A stretch of 64,000 nucleotides of DNA from Polyangiales bacterium (GTDB taxonomy: Bacteria; Myxococcota_A; Polyangia; Polyangiales; Ga0077539). Positions within the stretch are counted from its first letter, which is position 1; the number at the start of each line of letters is the position of its first letter. The DNA is taken from positions 250,284 through 314,283 of the forward strand of contig JAXLYI010000006.1 of the NCBI GenBank assembly GCA_046351555.1, in the 5' to 3' direction. The notes under the pieces were generated by a model that worked only from the letters and a program-made list of their open reading frames with translations, was not told the origin of the DNA and ran no database searches. Positions 8,142-19,393 of the stretch are shown one piece after another. A program made the translations under genes and the position numbers.

Positions 8142-10861
8142 CCCTCGTCAAGGGCGCGCGCGAGGTCGAGGGAGACCACCTTCATCAGCTCGTCGTCGGA
8201 GAGCGCGGTGAGGTTCACCTCGGCGCCGCCCGGCGCGTCGAGGACGGCGTCGGCCAGCGCCCGCTTGCTCGTGAGCATCGCGTCGATCTTCTCCTCCAAC
8301 GTGCCGCGGCACACGAAGCGGTGCACCATCACGTTGCGCCGCTGCCCGATGCGGTAGGCGCGGTCGGTGGCCTGGTTCTCCACCGCGGGGTTCCACCAGC
8401 GGTCGAAGTGGACGACGTGCTGGGCGGCGGTGAGCGTCAGCCCGGTGCCCCCGGCCTTCAGCGACAGCACGAAGAAGGGGACGTTGGGGTCGCTCTGGAA
8501 GGCGGCCACCAGCTTCGCCCGCTGCTTCACCGGCACCTTGCCGTCGAGCACCACCCCCGCCGCGCCGAACACCCCCGCCAGCAGCGCCGCCAGCGGGCCC
8601 GTCATCTCTTGAAACTGCGTGAACACCAGCGCCTTCTCGCCGCGCGAGGCGACCTCCTCCGCGAGCTCGCGCAGCCGCGCGTACTTGCCGCTCGCGCCCG
8701 GGTCGAAGCGCCCGTCGCCCGTGAGCTGCGAGGGGTGGTTGCACGCCTGCTTGAAGCGCGTGAGCGACGCCAGCACCGCCCCCCGCCGCGCCGCCGGGTC
8801 GGCCGCGTCGGAGAGCTTGCGCTTCAGGTCGGCGATCACCTCGGCGTAGAGCTTCGCCTGGAGCGCGGTGAGCGAGCACCACGCCGTCACCTCCGTCTTG
8901 TCGGGCAGGTCGGCGATGACGCGCTTGTCGGTCTTGAGGCGCCGCAGGATGTACGGCCCCACGAGGCGCCGCAGGGGCCCGTAGCCCTCGCGCGACCCCT
9001 CCCCCGCGAGCGCCTTCGCGTAGCGCGAGAAGCTCTTCGCGCCGCCCAGAAGGCCCGGCTGGAGGAAGTCGAAGAGCGACCAGAGGTCGCCGAGGCGGTT
9101 CTCGACGGGCGTGCCCGTGAGCGCGAGGCGGGCGGCGCCGCGGAGCGACTTCACCGCGCGCGACTGCTTCGTGTCGGCGTTCTTGATCGCCTGCGCCTCG
9201 TCGATCACCACGACGTTCCACGGGCGCTCGCGGAGCCACGCGGCGCGGGCCACCATGCCGTAGCTGGTCACCACGACGTCGAGCCCGTCGCCCCACCCGG
9301 CCCCGTCGTCGGGCGGCGCCTCGGCGCCCGCGGAGGGGTGCGCGGTGCCCACGCGGAGCGACGGCGCGAAGCGGGCGAGCTCCGCGCGCCAGTTGGCCAG
9401 CAGCGACGCCGGCGCCACCACGAGGCTCGGCGGCGCGGCCTTCCGCTGGTGCTTCTTCTCCACCGCGAGCAGCGCGATCACCTGGAGCGTCTTGCCGAGC
9501 CCCATGTCGTCGGCGAGGCAGCCCCCGAGGCCGACCGTGCGGAGGAGCCAGAGCCACCGCAGGCCGTGCTCCTGGTAGGGCCGGAGCTTCGCCGTGAGGG
9601 CCTTGCCGGGGTCGACGTCGCCGAGGCCGCCCGGGTCGCGCAGGCCGCGCAGCAGGTCACGCAGCCAGGGCCCGGGCTCGACGCGGACCCACGCCGCGGC
9701 GCCCTCGTCGACGAGCGCGGGGTCGAGCTCCGCGGGGGCGGCGCCGGCGAGCAGGCGGAGGGCCTCGTGGACGGAGAGCCCGTCGCGCGCGCTCCGCTGC
9801 ACGTCGCGCCACCGCGCGAGGAGGGCCTCCAGGCGCCCCGCGTCGACCTCCACCCAGCGGCCGCGGAGGTTGACGAGCCCGGTGCCTGCGGCGCGGAGCA
9901 CGGCGAGGTCGTCGGGCGTGAGGGCCTCGTCGCCGAGCGCGAGCTCGACGGAGAAATCGAGCAGCGCGTCGAGGGAGAGGCGCTCCCGGTGCTCGGCGCC
10001 GACGCGCACGCGGACGGCGGGGCGCGCGGGGGCGCGGGGGTTCCACCAGTCGGGGAGGCGGACGGAGACGCCCGCGGCCTCGCAGTCGGGCGCGGCCTTG
10101 AGGAAGGCGTAGGCGCGCGCGGCGCTCCAGGCGAGGGGCTGGAAGATGTCGCCCGCGTCGACGAGGCCCTTCACGAAGGGGACGGTCTCCGACGCGCGCC
10201 GCACAGGCTCGAGGAGCGACTCCAGCCGCGCGCGGTCGCCCGTCTCCGCGGCCTCCTTCATCGCGCGCCCGAGCGGCGCGTGCTGCACCCTCCCCGCCGC
10301 GGAGACCCCCGTGGTGTAGGTCGCGAGGAAGGCGAAGGGGGCGGCCGCGTCGCCCTTGCGCTCCGCGAGGTGGAAGCACACGCGCCCCACGCGGTGCCAG
10401 AGCGGGCTCTGCGCCTGGAGCCACTGCTCCGCCGTGCCCTGCCACGCGCCGAGCGCCTCCGCGAGCGGGCCGTGGAGGCTCTCCCACCAGCGCCCGAGGA
10501 GCTCGACGTCGACGTACTCCGCGCCGGGCATCGGCGGCACGGCATCGGCGAGCGCCTCGAGCTCGTCGTCGGGCGGCGGCGGGACGCGCGCGTCGGCGCG
10601 GAGGGACTCGAGGTCGGGGAGTGCGCAGAGGCGGGCGACGAAGGCGCGGGCGACGTCGCGCAGCCACGCGAAGGGCGCCGGGAGCTGCGCGGCCACCTCG
10701 CGGGCGCCGAGTTGGAGGAGCCCGTGCCAGGGGCCGCGCGCGAAGGCCGCGAGGGTGCGCGCGGCGACGGCCTCGTCGACGAAGGGAGCGGCGCCGTCGA
10801 GGGCGCGCAGCGTGAGGTCGCCGGCGGCGGTGACGTGCGGCGAGGGGGGGGCGGCGGTCAT
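8138..10861 (-). CDS. SNF2/RapA-family helicase
   Basis: SNF2 N-terminal motifs LADDMGLGKT, DEAQAIKN and LTGTPVENRLGDLWSLF. Helicase C motifs LKAGGTGLTL and FDRWWNPAVENQATDRAYRIGQ. Confidence 0.85.
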   Translation of the reverse strand: MTAAPPSPHVTAAGDLTLRALDGAAPFVDEAVAARTLAAFARGPWHGLLQLGAREVAAQLPAPFAWLRDVARAFVARLCALPDLESLRADARVPPPPDDELEALADAVPPMPGAEYVDVELLGRWWESLHGPLAEALGAWQGTAEQWLQAQSPLWHRVGRVCFHLAERKGDAAAPFAFLATYTTGVSAAGRVQHAPLGRAMKEAAETGDRARLESLLEPVRRASETVPFVKGLVDAGDIFQPLAWSAARAYAFLKAAPDCEAAGVSVRLPDWWNPRAPARPAVRVRVGAEHRERLSLDALLDFSVELALGDEALTPDDLAVLRAAGTGLVNLRGRWVEVDAGRLEALLARWRDVQRSARDGLSVHEALRLLAGAAPAELDPALVDEGAAAWVRVEPGPWLRDLLRGLRDPGGLGDVDPGKALTAKLRPYQEHGLRWLWLLRTVGLGGCLADDMGLGKTLQVIALLAVEKKHQRKAAPPSLVVAPASLLANWRAELARFAPSLRVGTAHPSAGAEAPPDDGAGWGDGLDVVVTSYGMVARAAWLRERPWNVVVIDEAQAIKNADTKQSRAVKSLRGAARLALTGTPVENRLGDLWSLFDFLQPGLLGGAKSFSRYAKALAGEGSREGYGPLRRLVGPYILRRLKTDKRVIADLPDKTEVTAWCSLTALQAKLYAEVIADLKRKLSDAADPAARRGAVLASLTRFKQACNHPSQLTGDGRFDPGASGKYARLRELAEEVASRGEKALVFTQFQEMTGPLAALLAGVFGAAGVVLDGKVPVKQRAKLVAAFQSDPNVPFFVLSLKAGGTGLTLTAAQHVVHFDRWWNPAVENQATDRAYRIGQRRNVMVHRFVCRGTLEEKIDAMLTSKRALADAVLDAPGGAEVNLTALSDDELMKVVSLDLARALDEG

Positions 10862-10902
10862 CGGGGCCGCGGACGCTACCAGAGGTTTTCGACGGCGCGC
10901 GG

Positions 10903-11883
10903 ATGCGCTACGGAGCCGCGGACATGTTCGCCGCGACCTCCCCCTCCGCCGCCGAGCCCCTCCGCCTCGTCGAGCTCCCCCAACGGCCGCTCCGCTTCGA
11001 CGAGGTTCGCGTGAAGGTGCGCGCCGTCGGGGTGAACCCCGTCGACTGGAAGATGCGCGGCTTCGGCAGCCCGCTCGGCCTCGCGCAGCGCCTCCTCGGG
11101 CCGCGCGGGCCCCTCGTCGTGGGGACGGATTTCGCCGGCGAGGTCGTCGAGGTGGGCGCGAGCCTCGGCGGCACGAAGCCGGGCCTCCGCGTGGTGGGCG
11201 GGACGGACTTCTCGCGCGGTCAGCGCGGGAGCTACGCCGACGAGGTGGTGGTGCGCACCGACCAGTTCGCCGCGCTGCCCGACGGCGTGCGCTTCGAAGA
11301 CGCCGCGTGCCTGCCCGTGCCGGGCGTGACGGCGTGGCGGGCGCTCACGGAGGTGGGCGGGCTGCGCGAGAAGCGGGGCGCGCGCGTGCTGGTGCTCGGC
11401 GCGGCGGGCGGCGTCGGGCTGATGGCGGTTCAGCTCGCGCGCTCGCTCGGCGCGTCGGCGGTGGGCGTGTGCTCGGCGCGCAACGCGGCGCTCGTGGGGG
11501 CGATGGGCGCGGAGGTGGTCGACTACGGCGCGGGCGACGCGCTCGCGGCGGCGCGCGCGAAGGGCCCCTACGCGCTGGTGCTCAACGCGGTGGGCTCGGA
11601 CGCGTACCCCGTCGGCGCGTGCCGCGCGCTCCTCACGCCGACGGGCGCGGTGTGCCTCGTGGCCGCGCGGCCGCACGACTACCCGTCGCTCGTCGCGTAC
11701 GGCAACGTCCGCGCGGTGCTCGGGCGGCCGACGCGCGCGCTCCTCGAGCCGCTGGTGGCGGCGCTGGCGAAGGGCGAGCTGAAGGTGACCATCGAGGCCA
11801 CGCTCCCGCTCGCGGAGGCCGAGGAGGCGCACCGACGGTCGCGCACGGGCAAGGTGGTGGGGAAGATCGTGCTGCTGCCGTAG
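10903..11883 (+). CDS. Zinc-type alcohol dehydrogenase / NADPH:quinone oxidoreductase family
   Basis: MDR-family motifs (VKVRAVGVNPVDWK) and a Rossmann segment GAAGGVGLMAVQLA. The start may instead be 10924. Confidence 0.75.
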   Translation: MRYGAADMFAATSPSAAEPLRLVELPQRPLRFDEVRVKVRAVGVNPVDWKMRGFGSPLGLAQRLLGPRGPLVVGTDFAGEVVEVGASLGGTKPGLRVVGGTDFSRGQRGSYADEVVVRTDQFAALPDGVRFEDAACLPVPGVTAWRALTEVGGLREKRGARVLVLGAAGGVGLMAVQLARSLGASAVGVCSARNAALVGAMGAEVVDYGAGDALAAARAKGPYALVLNAVGSDAYPVGACRALLTPTGAVCLVAARPHDYPSLVAYGNVRAVLGRPTRALLEPLVAALAKGELKVTIEATLPLAEAEEAHRRSRTGKVVGKIVLLP

Positions 11884-12044
11884 CGCCCCCGTCCGCGCGG
11901 CGAACACGCGTTGAAATTCCCGCGTCGCCCCTGCGCCCGCCGCGCGCTCCCGACGTTGCGAGAGACTGAGCCCGCGGCGTTTGGCGGGGGACGTTTCTTG
12001 TCGTCTCCCACCTCACCCCCGCCGCGCGGCCGGAGACACCCCCG

Positions 12045-12782
12045 ATGGGAACGAGCGACGACAGCACACCAAGACCCGACCGCGCCACCTTGGATCGCGC
12101 CGCCCGGCGCGCCCTCACCTTCCTCCTCGCCGTCGGCCGCGACCCGGTCGCGCGGGGCTTGCTGGAGACCCGCGGCTACAGCGCCAACGAGCACGCCGAG
12201 GGCTGGCGCCTCCTTCGCGCGGTCGACCCCACGGCGCGGGCCGGCGGGCACCGCGACGAGGACGAGGCCGCCGCGCGCCTCGCCGTCGCCCGCGTCGACG
12301 CCTGGGGCCACCAGAACCTCCCCATCCTCGACCTCGCGCTCCGCCGCCGCGAGCCCGCCGCCCACCGGTTCGTCTTCGCGGGCGACCTCGCGCCCGCCGA
12401 CGGCGCCGCGTCGACGCGTTCGGTCGCGGTCTTCCTCGAACGTGTCGACGCGCTGGTCGGCGTCGCGTCGCGGGGCGTCGACCCGGCGGTCGCCGTCACC
12501 CCGCGGCAGGCGCGGGTCGCGCTCGCGATCCTGACGAGCCGCGGCGCGGGCGACGACGTGCGCGAGACCGTCCACCGCTGGCTCGACTTCGCGCGGAAGC
12601 ACGCGGCCCCGGCGGAGGCGGGCGACCCCGACGCGGCGCTCGTGGCGCTCCACGAGTGGCTGAGCGAGTGGCGGCTCATCGCGCGCAAGGTCGTGACGCG
12701 CAGGGGCCACCTCGTCGCGCTCGGGCTCGTCGGGAAGAGGCCCGCCGCGAAGCCCCCGCGCGACCTCGCGCCGAACCGTTGA
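12045..12782 (+). CDS. Hypothetical protein
   Basis: This ORF has balanced amino-acid composition. The competing frames are R/P-rich junk. I recognise no domain. Confidence 0.4.
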   Translation: MGTSDDSTPRPDRATLDRAARRALTFLLAVGRDPVARGLLETRGYSANEHAEGWRLLRAVDPTARAGGHRDEDEAAARLAVARVDAWGHQNLPILDLALRRREPAAHRFVFAGDLAPADGAASTRSVAVFLERVDALVGVASRGVDPAVAVTPRQARVALAILTSRGAGDDVRETVHRWLDFARKHAAPAEAGDPDAALVALHEWLSEWRLIARKVVTRRGHLVALGLVGKRPAAKPPRDLAPNR

Positions 12783-13137
12783 CAGCCCGCGCGCGCGGCG
12801 CTACCTCTCGGCCCGCCGTCATGGTCCCCCGTGCGCCCACGTCCGTCCGCCCCCTCCGCCGCTCGACGAGCCTGGCGGCCGCGGACGCGTACGTGCGCCC
12901 CACGCTGGAATTGATCCTCGCACGCTGAGCCCGCGGGGGCGCAGCAACGGGCGAGCGACCCGACGTCCGCACGTCGAGGCCGCCGCCGTCGCCCCCGCCG
13001 CTCGCCCGCGTCCGCCGCCGCGCTGAACCGCGCGCCGGGCGCGCTGCCTCGTGCGGAGTGACCACCATTTCCACCACGCGATCACGCGCGGCGGGCGCGA
13101 CGACGCGCGCCCATCGACCGCGCGAAGGGAGACCTCC

Positions 13138-15240
<2,103 letters not shown>

Positions 15241-15258
15241 CGCTCACCCCAACGGCGG

Positions 15259-15289
15259 GGCGGCGCCCTCCTCTCCCGAGGGCGCCGCC
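15259..15289 (+). terminator. Perfect 12-bp-stem hairpin immediately after the EF-G paralog stop (no U-tract)
   Basis: ggcggcgccctc / ctctccc / gagggcgccgcc. The arms are exact reverse complements. Confidence 0.35.
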
Positions 15290-15331
15290 CACCGCCACTT
15301 CACCGCACGACGCGCTCGCGCTTGCCTTCGG

Positions 15332-16564
15332 GTGACGCCCTCGCCGACACTCACGCCCTTCCACCGAAAGGGCTTCGTCGTGGTCGCTCCGGGTCGCCGC
15401 CTGCGCCTGTGCCTCAAGGACCTCTACCACCAGGACGTGGTCGAGATGATCGAGCGCGAGACGCGCGCGTTCGAGCTCTGGGAGATCGTCGACCCCGACG
15501 ACCCGGGCTTCGCGGCGGCCTACAAGGTGCTCTGGGACGCCTTCGGCGCGCACGGCGAGATGGAGCGCGAGGACGTGATCAAGCGCTTCCTCCGCGACGA
15601 CGCCTTCGACCCGCTCCCGTCGGGCACGTACGTCCGCTACTTCCTCATCGCCGCGCGCGACAAATCGGGCCGGCTCCTCGGCGTGCGCGACGGCTCGGTG
15701 CTGGTCAACCCCGCCTACGACCCCGACCTCTGCCTCGTGTACCTGTCGCACCTCTACATGGTGCCCGAGGCGCGCGGCACGGTGCTCTCGTACGAGCTCC
15801 GCATCGCGCCCGTCGAGGTGGCGATGGACTACCTCGCCGAGCTCCACGCGCGCGGCAAGGTGAAGCTCCCGGCGCCCGACCAGCCCGGACGTCACTTCGG
15901 GATGCGCGTCGACCTCACCGCGGAGATGGAGTACTACGCGCCCGACGACCCGGTGTCGTGGCAGCGCATCTTGTTCTACGGCCGCGGGGGCTTCGACGCG
16001 GTGAACCCGCGCCACTTCCCCTACCTCCAGCCCGACTTCCGCGAGCCCGAGGAGATCCGCGCGACCGGCAACCGCCCGCTCCCCTTCATGGTGCTCGTGC
16101 GGCGCATGGGCCGCGAGCGCCAGGCCGCGATGCCGATCGCCGAGGCGCGCGCGATCCTGCGGCTGCTCTACGACGACTTCGCCTGCCACTGCGAGCCCGA
16201 GCACCTCGGCAACAGCCTCCAGCGCGTGCTCGACCGCCTCGCCGAGCGCGCGACGCGGAAGTCCTTCGTCGAGCTCCTCCCGCTGCCGAGCGGCCCGAAG
16301 GACCTCCACCGCATCCGCCCCCTCTTCCGGTACAGCGTCTTCCAGAAGTACTACCGCGGCGCGACGCCGGTGGTGGACGAGTACCTCGAGGGCCCCGTGC
16401 GCGAGCGGATCAAGGCCAACGCGGCGTACCTCGACGAGGAGCTGCGCAGGCTCGCGAAGCACCTGGAGAGCCGCCCCCGCTACGTCTACGCCAGCCGCGA
16501 CAAGGACCAGACCTGGGAGGGCAAGTCCGCCGGCACGCTCGACCCGCCGGACTTCAACCCGTAG
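15332..16564 (+). CDS. Hypothetical protein with N-terminal GNAT-like fold
   Basis: Normal amino-acid composition. The segment LYMVPEARGTVLSYEL resembles GNAT motif A. The C-terminal roughly 200 aa are unassigned. Confidence 0.5.
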   Translation: MTPSPTLTPFHRKGFVVVAPGRRLRLCLKDLYHQDVVEMIERETRAFELWEIVDPDDPGFAAAYKVLWDAFGAHGEMEREDVIKRFLRDDAFDPLPSGTYVRYFLIAARDKSGRLLGVRDGSVLVNPAYDPDLCLVYLSHLYMVPEARGTVLSYELRIAPVEVAMDYLAELHARGKVKLPAPDQPGRHFGMRVDLTAEMEYYAPDDPVSWQRILFYGRGGFDAVNPRHFPYLQPDFREPEEIRATGNRPLPFMVLVRRMGRERQAAMPIAEARAILRLLYDDFACHCEPEHLGNSLQRVLDRLAERATRKSFVELLPLPSGPKDLHRIRPLFRYSVFQKYYRGATPVVDEYLEGPVRERIKANAAYLDEELRRLAKHLESRPRYVYASRDKDQTWEGKSAGTLDPPDFNP

Positions 16565-16651
16565 CGCGGCGGAGGGTCGACACGCCCCCGCGCGGTGCTA
16601 CCGTGCGCGGCCCCCGGAATCGTCCGCGGGAAGAAGCGGGAACGGCCCCAA

Positions 16652-17092
16652 ATGCTCATCGAGGAGATTCGCAAGCGTCGCACGGAGGCCCTCAAGGCCC
16701 GCGACACCGTCACCAAGGAGGTCCTCAACGTCGCCATCGGCGAGATCGACACGATCGCCGCGCGGGCGGGGCGCGAGGCGACCGACGAGGACTGCCTGCA
16801 GGTGGTCCGCAAGCTGGTGAAGTCGAACGAGGAGACGCGCGCCGCCGCGACCGACGAGGCCCAGCGGGCGACGCTCACGCGCGAGATCGAGGTGCTCTCG
16901 GCGCTCCTCCCGCGCACGCTCGGGGTGCCCGAGGTGGTGGCCGCGCTCGCGCCCGTCGCCGACGCCCTGCGCGCCGCGCCCAACGACGGCGCGGCCACCG
17001 GCGTCGCGATGAAGCACCTCAAGACGGCCGGCGCCGCGGTGGACGGCAAGGTCGTCGCGCAGGCCGTCAAGCAGGTACGCGGGGGCGGTTGA
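16652..17092 (+). CDS. GatB/YqeY domain protein
   Basis: About 147 aa. The pattern matches the YqeY family (EALKARD ... REIEVLSALLP ... MKHLK). Confidence 0.7.
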   Translation: MLIEEIRKRRTEALKARDTVTKEVLNVAIGEIDTIAARAGREATDEDCLQVVRKLVKSNEETRAAATDEAQRATLTREIEVLSALLPRTLGVPEVVAALAPVADALRAAPNDGAATGVAMKHLKTAGAAVDGKVVAQAVKQVRGGG

Positions 17093-17108
17093 CCGCCGGC
17101 CCGCAACC

Positions 17109-17657
17109 GTGCGTAGTCTGCGACGCGCGTGCCCTCCTTCCCCGCCCACGACCTTGCTCCTGCCGCGCACCGTGCGCCTCCGCGCCGGCGCGGGAGGAGA
17201 CGTCGATGCCGTCATCGAAGCCGCCTCGCCGTCTCGGATGAAGGCCGTCCTCGATGCGTGGCCCACGCGGTTGTTTCTCCAGGGCGAGCCCGACAGCGAC
17301 TGGTATGACCCCGACGCCGGCAAGGAGCGCAACCTCCGCTACCCCGGCGAAGGGATCGAGCACGTCTACCTCGTGGCAGGCGGTGAGGTGCAAGGGTTGC
17401 TCATCACCTCACTGCCGGCGGTCACGCGAGCACCTTCGGAGCCGCTCGTCGCGTACATCGAGTACATCGCAGCGGCGCCTTGGAATCGTCCGTCCTCCGG
17501 CGAGGCACCGCGCTATCGCGGGGTCGGCAAGGCCCTTGTGCAGCACGCCGTCGCACGGAGCGCGACCGAGGGTCGCGAGGGGTGCCTCGGTTTGAACTTT
17601 CTCGGTGACCGTGCGTGGGCCGAAGGGTTCATGGGCGGAGAAAGGTCGGCACCATGA
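17109..17657 (+). CDS. GNAT-family N-acetyltransferase (putative)
   Basis: The segment YRGVGKALVQHAVARSATEG is motif A-like. The start may be the internal Met at 17238. The stop overlaps the next ATG (ATGA). Confidence 0.45.
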   Translation: MRSLRRACPPSPPTTLLLPRTVRLRAGAGGDVDAVIEAASPSRMKAVLDAWPTRLFLQGEPDSDWYDPDAGKERNLRYPGEGIEHVYLVAGGEVQGLLITSLPAVTRAPSEPLVAYIEYIAAAPWNRPSSGEAPRYRGVGKALVQHAVARSATEGREGCLGLNFLGDRAWAEGFMGGERSAP

Positions 17658-17836
17658 CGCAGGAGAACAAGACGCCGCAGGTCGCCGAGGAGAAGGCCGC
17701 GCCCCTCTGCGCGGACGCGCGTGGCGACGACTTCCCTGGGGTCGGCGGCGCGCTCCCGGCGCGTGGGCGCTCGGCGCCGATCCTCGATCAGGTGCGCCGC
17801 CGTGTGCGCCGCCGTGCGGTGATCACGCGCGCATGA
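17654..17836 (+). CDS. Small ORF (60 aa), translationally coupled between the GNAT and the ATPase
   Basis: ATG 17654 overlaps the GNAT stop. Its own stop overlaps ATG 17833. GGAGAAAGG lies 12 nt upstream. No homology is recognisable, so this is speculative. Confidence 0.3.
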   Translation: MTQENKTPQVAEEKAAPLCADARGDDFPGVGGALPARGRSAPILDQVRRRVRRRAVITRA

Positions 17837-19350
17837 CCGCTCCCCCTGTCCAGGTGGTCGACCCGGGCGTGCCCGGCCTCGCGATGGTGCTCGGTGGGGG
17901 CGTGTCGCTCCTCAAGCGGACGCCCAACGCCGCGCCGAGCGGCACGCTCCTCATCCGCGGCGCGCCGGGCGCGGGCAAATCGCTGCTCGGCCTACACGTC
18001 GCGGTCGGCGTCGCCGACGCGCTGGGGGGCGACGTCTGCTGCGCGTGCGTCGAGATCCTGCCGGTCGAGTTGCACGCCCAGGCCGCCCCCTTCGGCCTGT
18101 CGGAGCGCTTCGTCGAGGCGCCGTTCCCGCCGCCCCCGGGGGAGGCGTCGGGGAGGGCGCGCATCTTCGCCGGCCTGCTCGACCTCGGCGCGCGCCCGCA
18201 GGAGCAGGAGAACCTCGGCGCGGCGCTCTCGGCGCTCATCGGCGCCGCCGGCAGGGGCGGGGCGAAGCCGCGCGTGCTCGTGATCGACTCCCTCTCCGAC
18301 GGCTACGGGCTCGGCGGCTCGGCGCCCCGCGATCTCGCAGACGCGGTGTGCAAGCTCGCCGGGGAGCTCGGGCTGTACGTCATCCTGCTCGAGGAAGCCG
18401 TGGCCGCGAAGCCCACGGTGTGGAGCTTCGCCGTCGACGCGGTGTTCGAACTCGCCGTGCTCGAAGACGACGCGCGAGACCCCGCGCGTACCCTCGTCGA
18501 CCGGCGCCTCCGGGTCATCAAGAACCGCTTCGGCGAGGCCGATGCGAGCGTGCACCGGCTGGCCGTGTCGCCGGGGGAGTTCCGCGTGCTCCCCTGGCCT
18601 TCGTCGTACCTGCGCGCGGACTTCCTCGCGACGGGGCGCCCGTCGGCGCTACGAAAGCCCTTCCCGGTCGCGCAGCCGTGGCCCTTCCCGGAGGCCAACG
18701 GGACGTGGCCTGAATTCCGCCAGTGCGTCACGGCCGTCTTCGGGCCGGAGACGCATGAGGTCACTGCGCTCGCGCTGCGGCTCGGCGCGAAGACGCGCGA
18801 AGGACGCGACGCGCCCGGCCGCGACGTGCGGGTCGACCTGGGCTCCGCCGTGCCGCGAGAGGTGAAGGGCGCACCAACGGAGGTGATCAGCGTCGGGCGC
18901 CCCCACGTGAACGGCCACCGCTGGGTCGCCAGCGTATGGGCGGCGCTGGAGCGTGTGTCGCGTGACGACGAGGTCGGGGTACGACGCGTGATCCTCGGCG
19001 ACCTGCGGGTGTTGCGCACCTTCCAGCACCCGCACCTGATGTGGTCGGGCGTCTACGCAGTCGCGGGCCTGTGCCGCGCTTTGGGGGTCCCGCTGGTCGC
19101 GTACGCGACGGCCGAGCCGCGGGTGACCTACCAGGCGCTCGGGGTCGCGGGGGCTGTGTTTCCCTCGGAGACGATGGCGGATCACCCCCCTGTGGTCGAC
19201 ATCGCTGATGTAGTCATCGAGGTCCGTAGTCGGAGCGCAATGCAGGGCGAGGGGAAAATGGCCGGCGCTAACCAGCACGTCCAGGTCGCTGTCTCCGAGG
19301 TGTACGCCGGTCGACGGCTGCGCGAGTTCGTGCCCTGGCCGGCACCATAG
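17833..19350 (+). CDS. KaiC/RadA-like RecA-superfamily ATPase with C-terminal extension
   Basis: The segment DPGVPGLAMVLGGGVSLLKRT ... GTLLIRGAPGAGKS is Walker A in a KaiC-like context. A Walker B-like VLVIDSLSD follows. The C-terminal roughly 250 aa are unknown. Confidence 0.55.
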   Translation: MTAPPVQVVDPGVPGLAMVLGGGVSLLKRTPNAAPSGTLLIRGAPGAGKSLLGLHVAVGVADALGGDVCCACVEILPVELHAQAAPFGLSERFVEAPFPPPPGEASGRARIFAGLLDLGARPQEQENLGAALSALIGAAGRGGAKPRVLVIDSLSDGYGLGGSAPRDLADAVCKLAGELGLYVILLEEAVAAKPTVWSFAVDAVFELAVLEDDARDPARTLVDRRLRVIKNRFGEADASVHRLAVSPGEFRVLPWPSSYLRADFLATGRPSALRKPFPVAQPWPFPEANGTWPEFRQCVTAVFGPETHEVTALALRLGAKTREGRDAPGRDVRVDLGSAVPREVKGAPTEVISVGRPHVNGHRWVASVWAALERVSRDDEVGVRRVILGDLRVLRTFQHPHLMWSGVYAVAGLCRALGVPLVAYATAEPRVTYQALGVAGAVFPSETMADHPPVVDIADVVIEVRSRSAMQGEGKMAGANQHVQVAVSEVYAGRRLREFVPWPAP

Positions 19351-19393
19351 GGGCGCGACGGCGCCTTCGTTTTTCTGGTAGCGTCCGCCCCCT

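Noticed and set aside
8321-11014. 897-aa + strand ORF
   Set aside because: Antisense of the SNF2 gene, with R/E/G/A junk composition.
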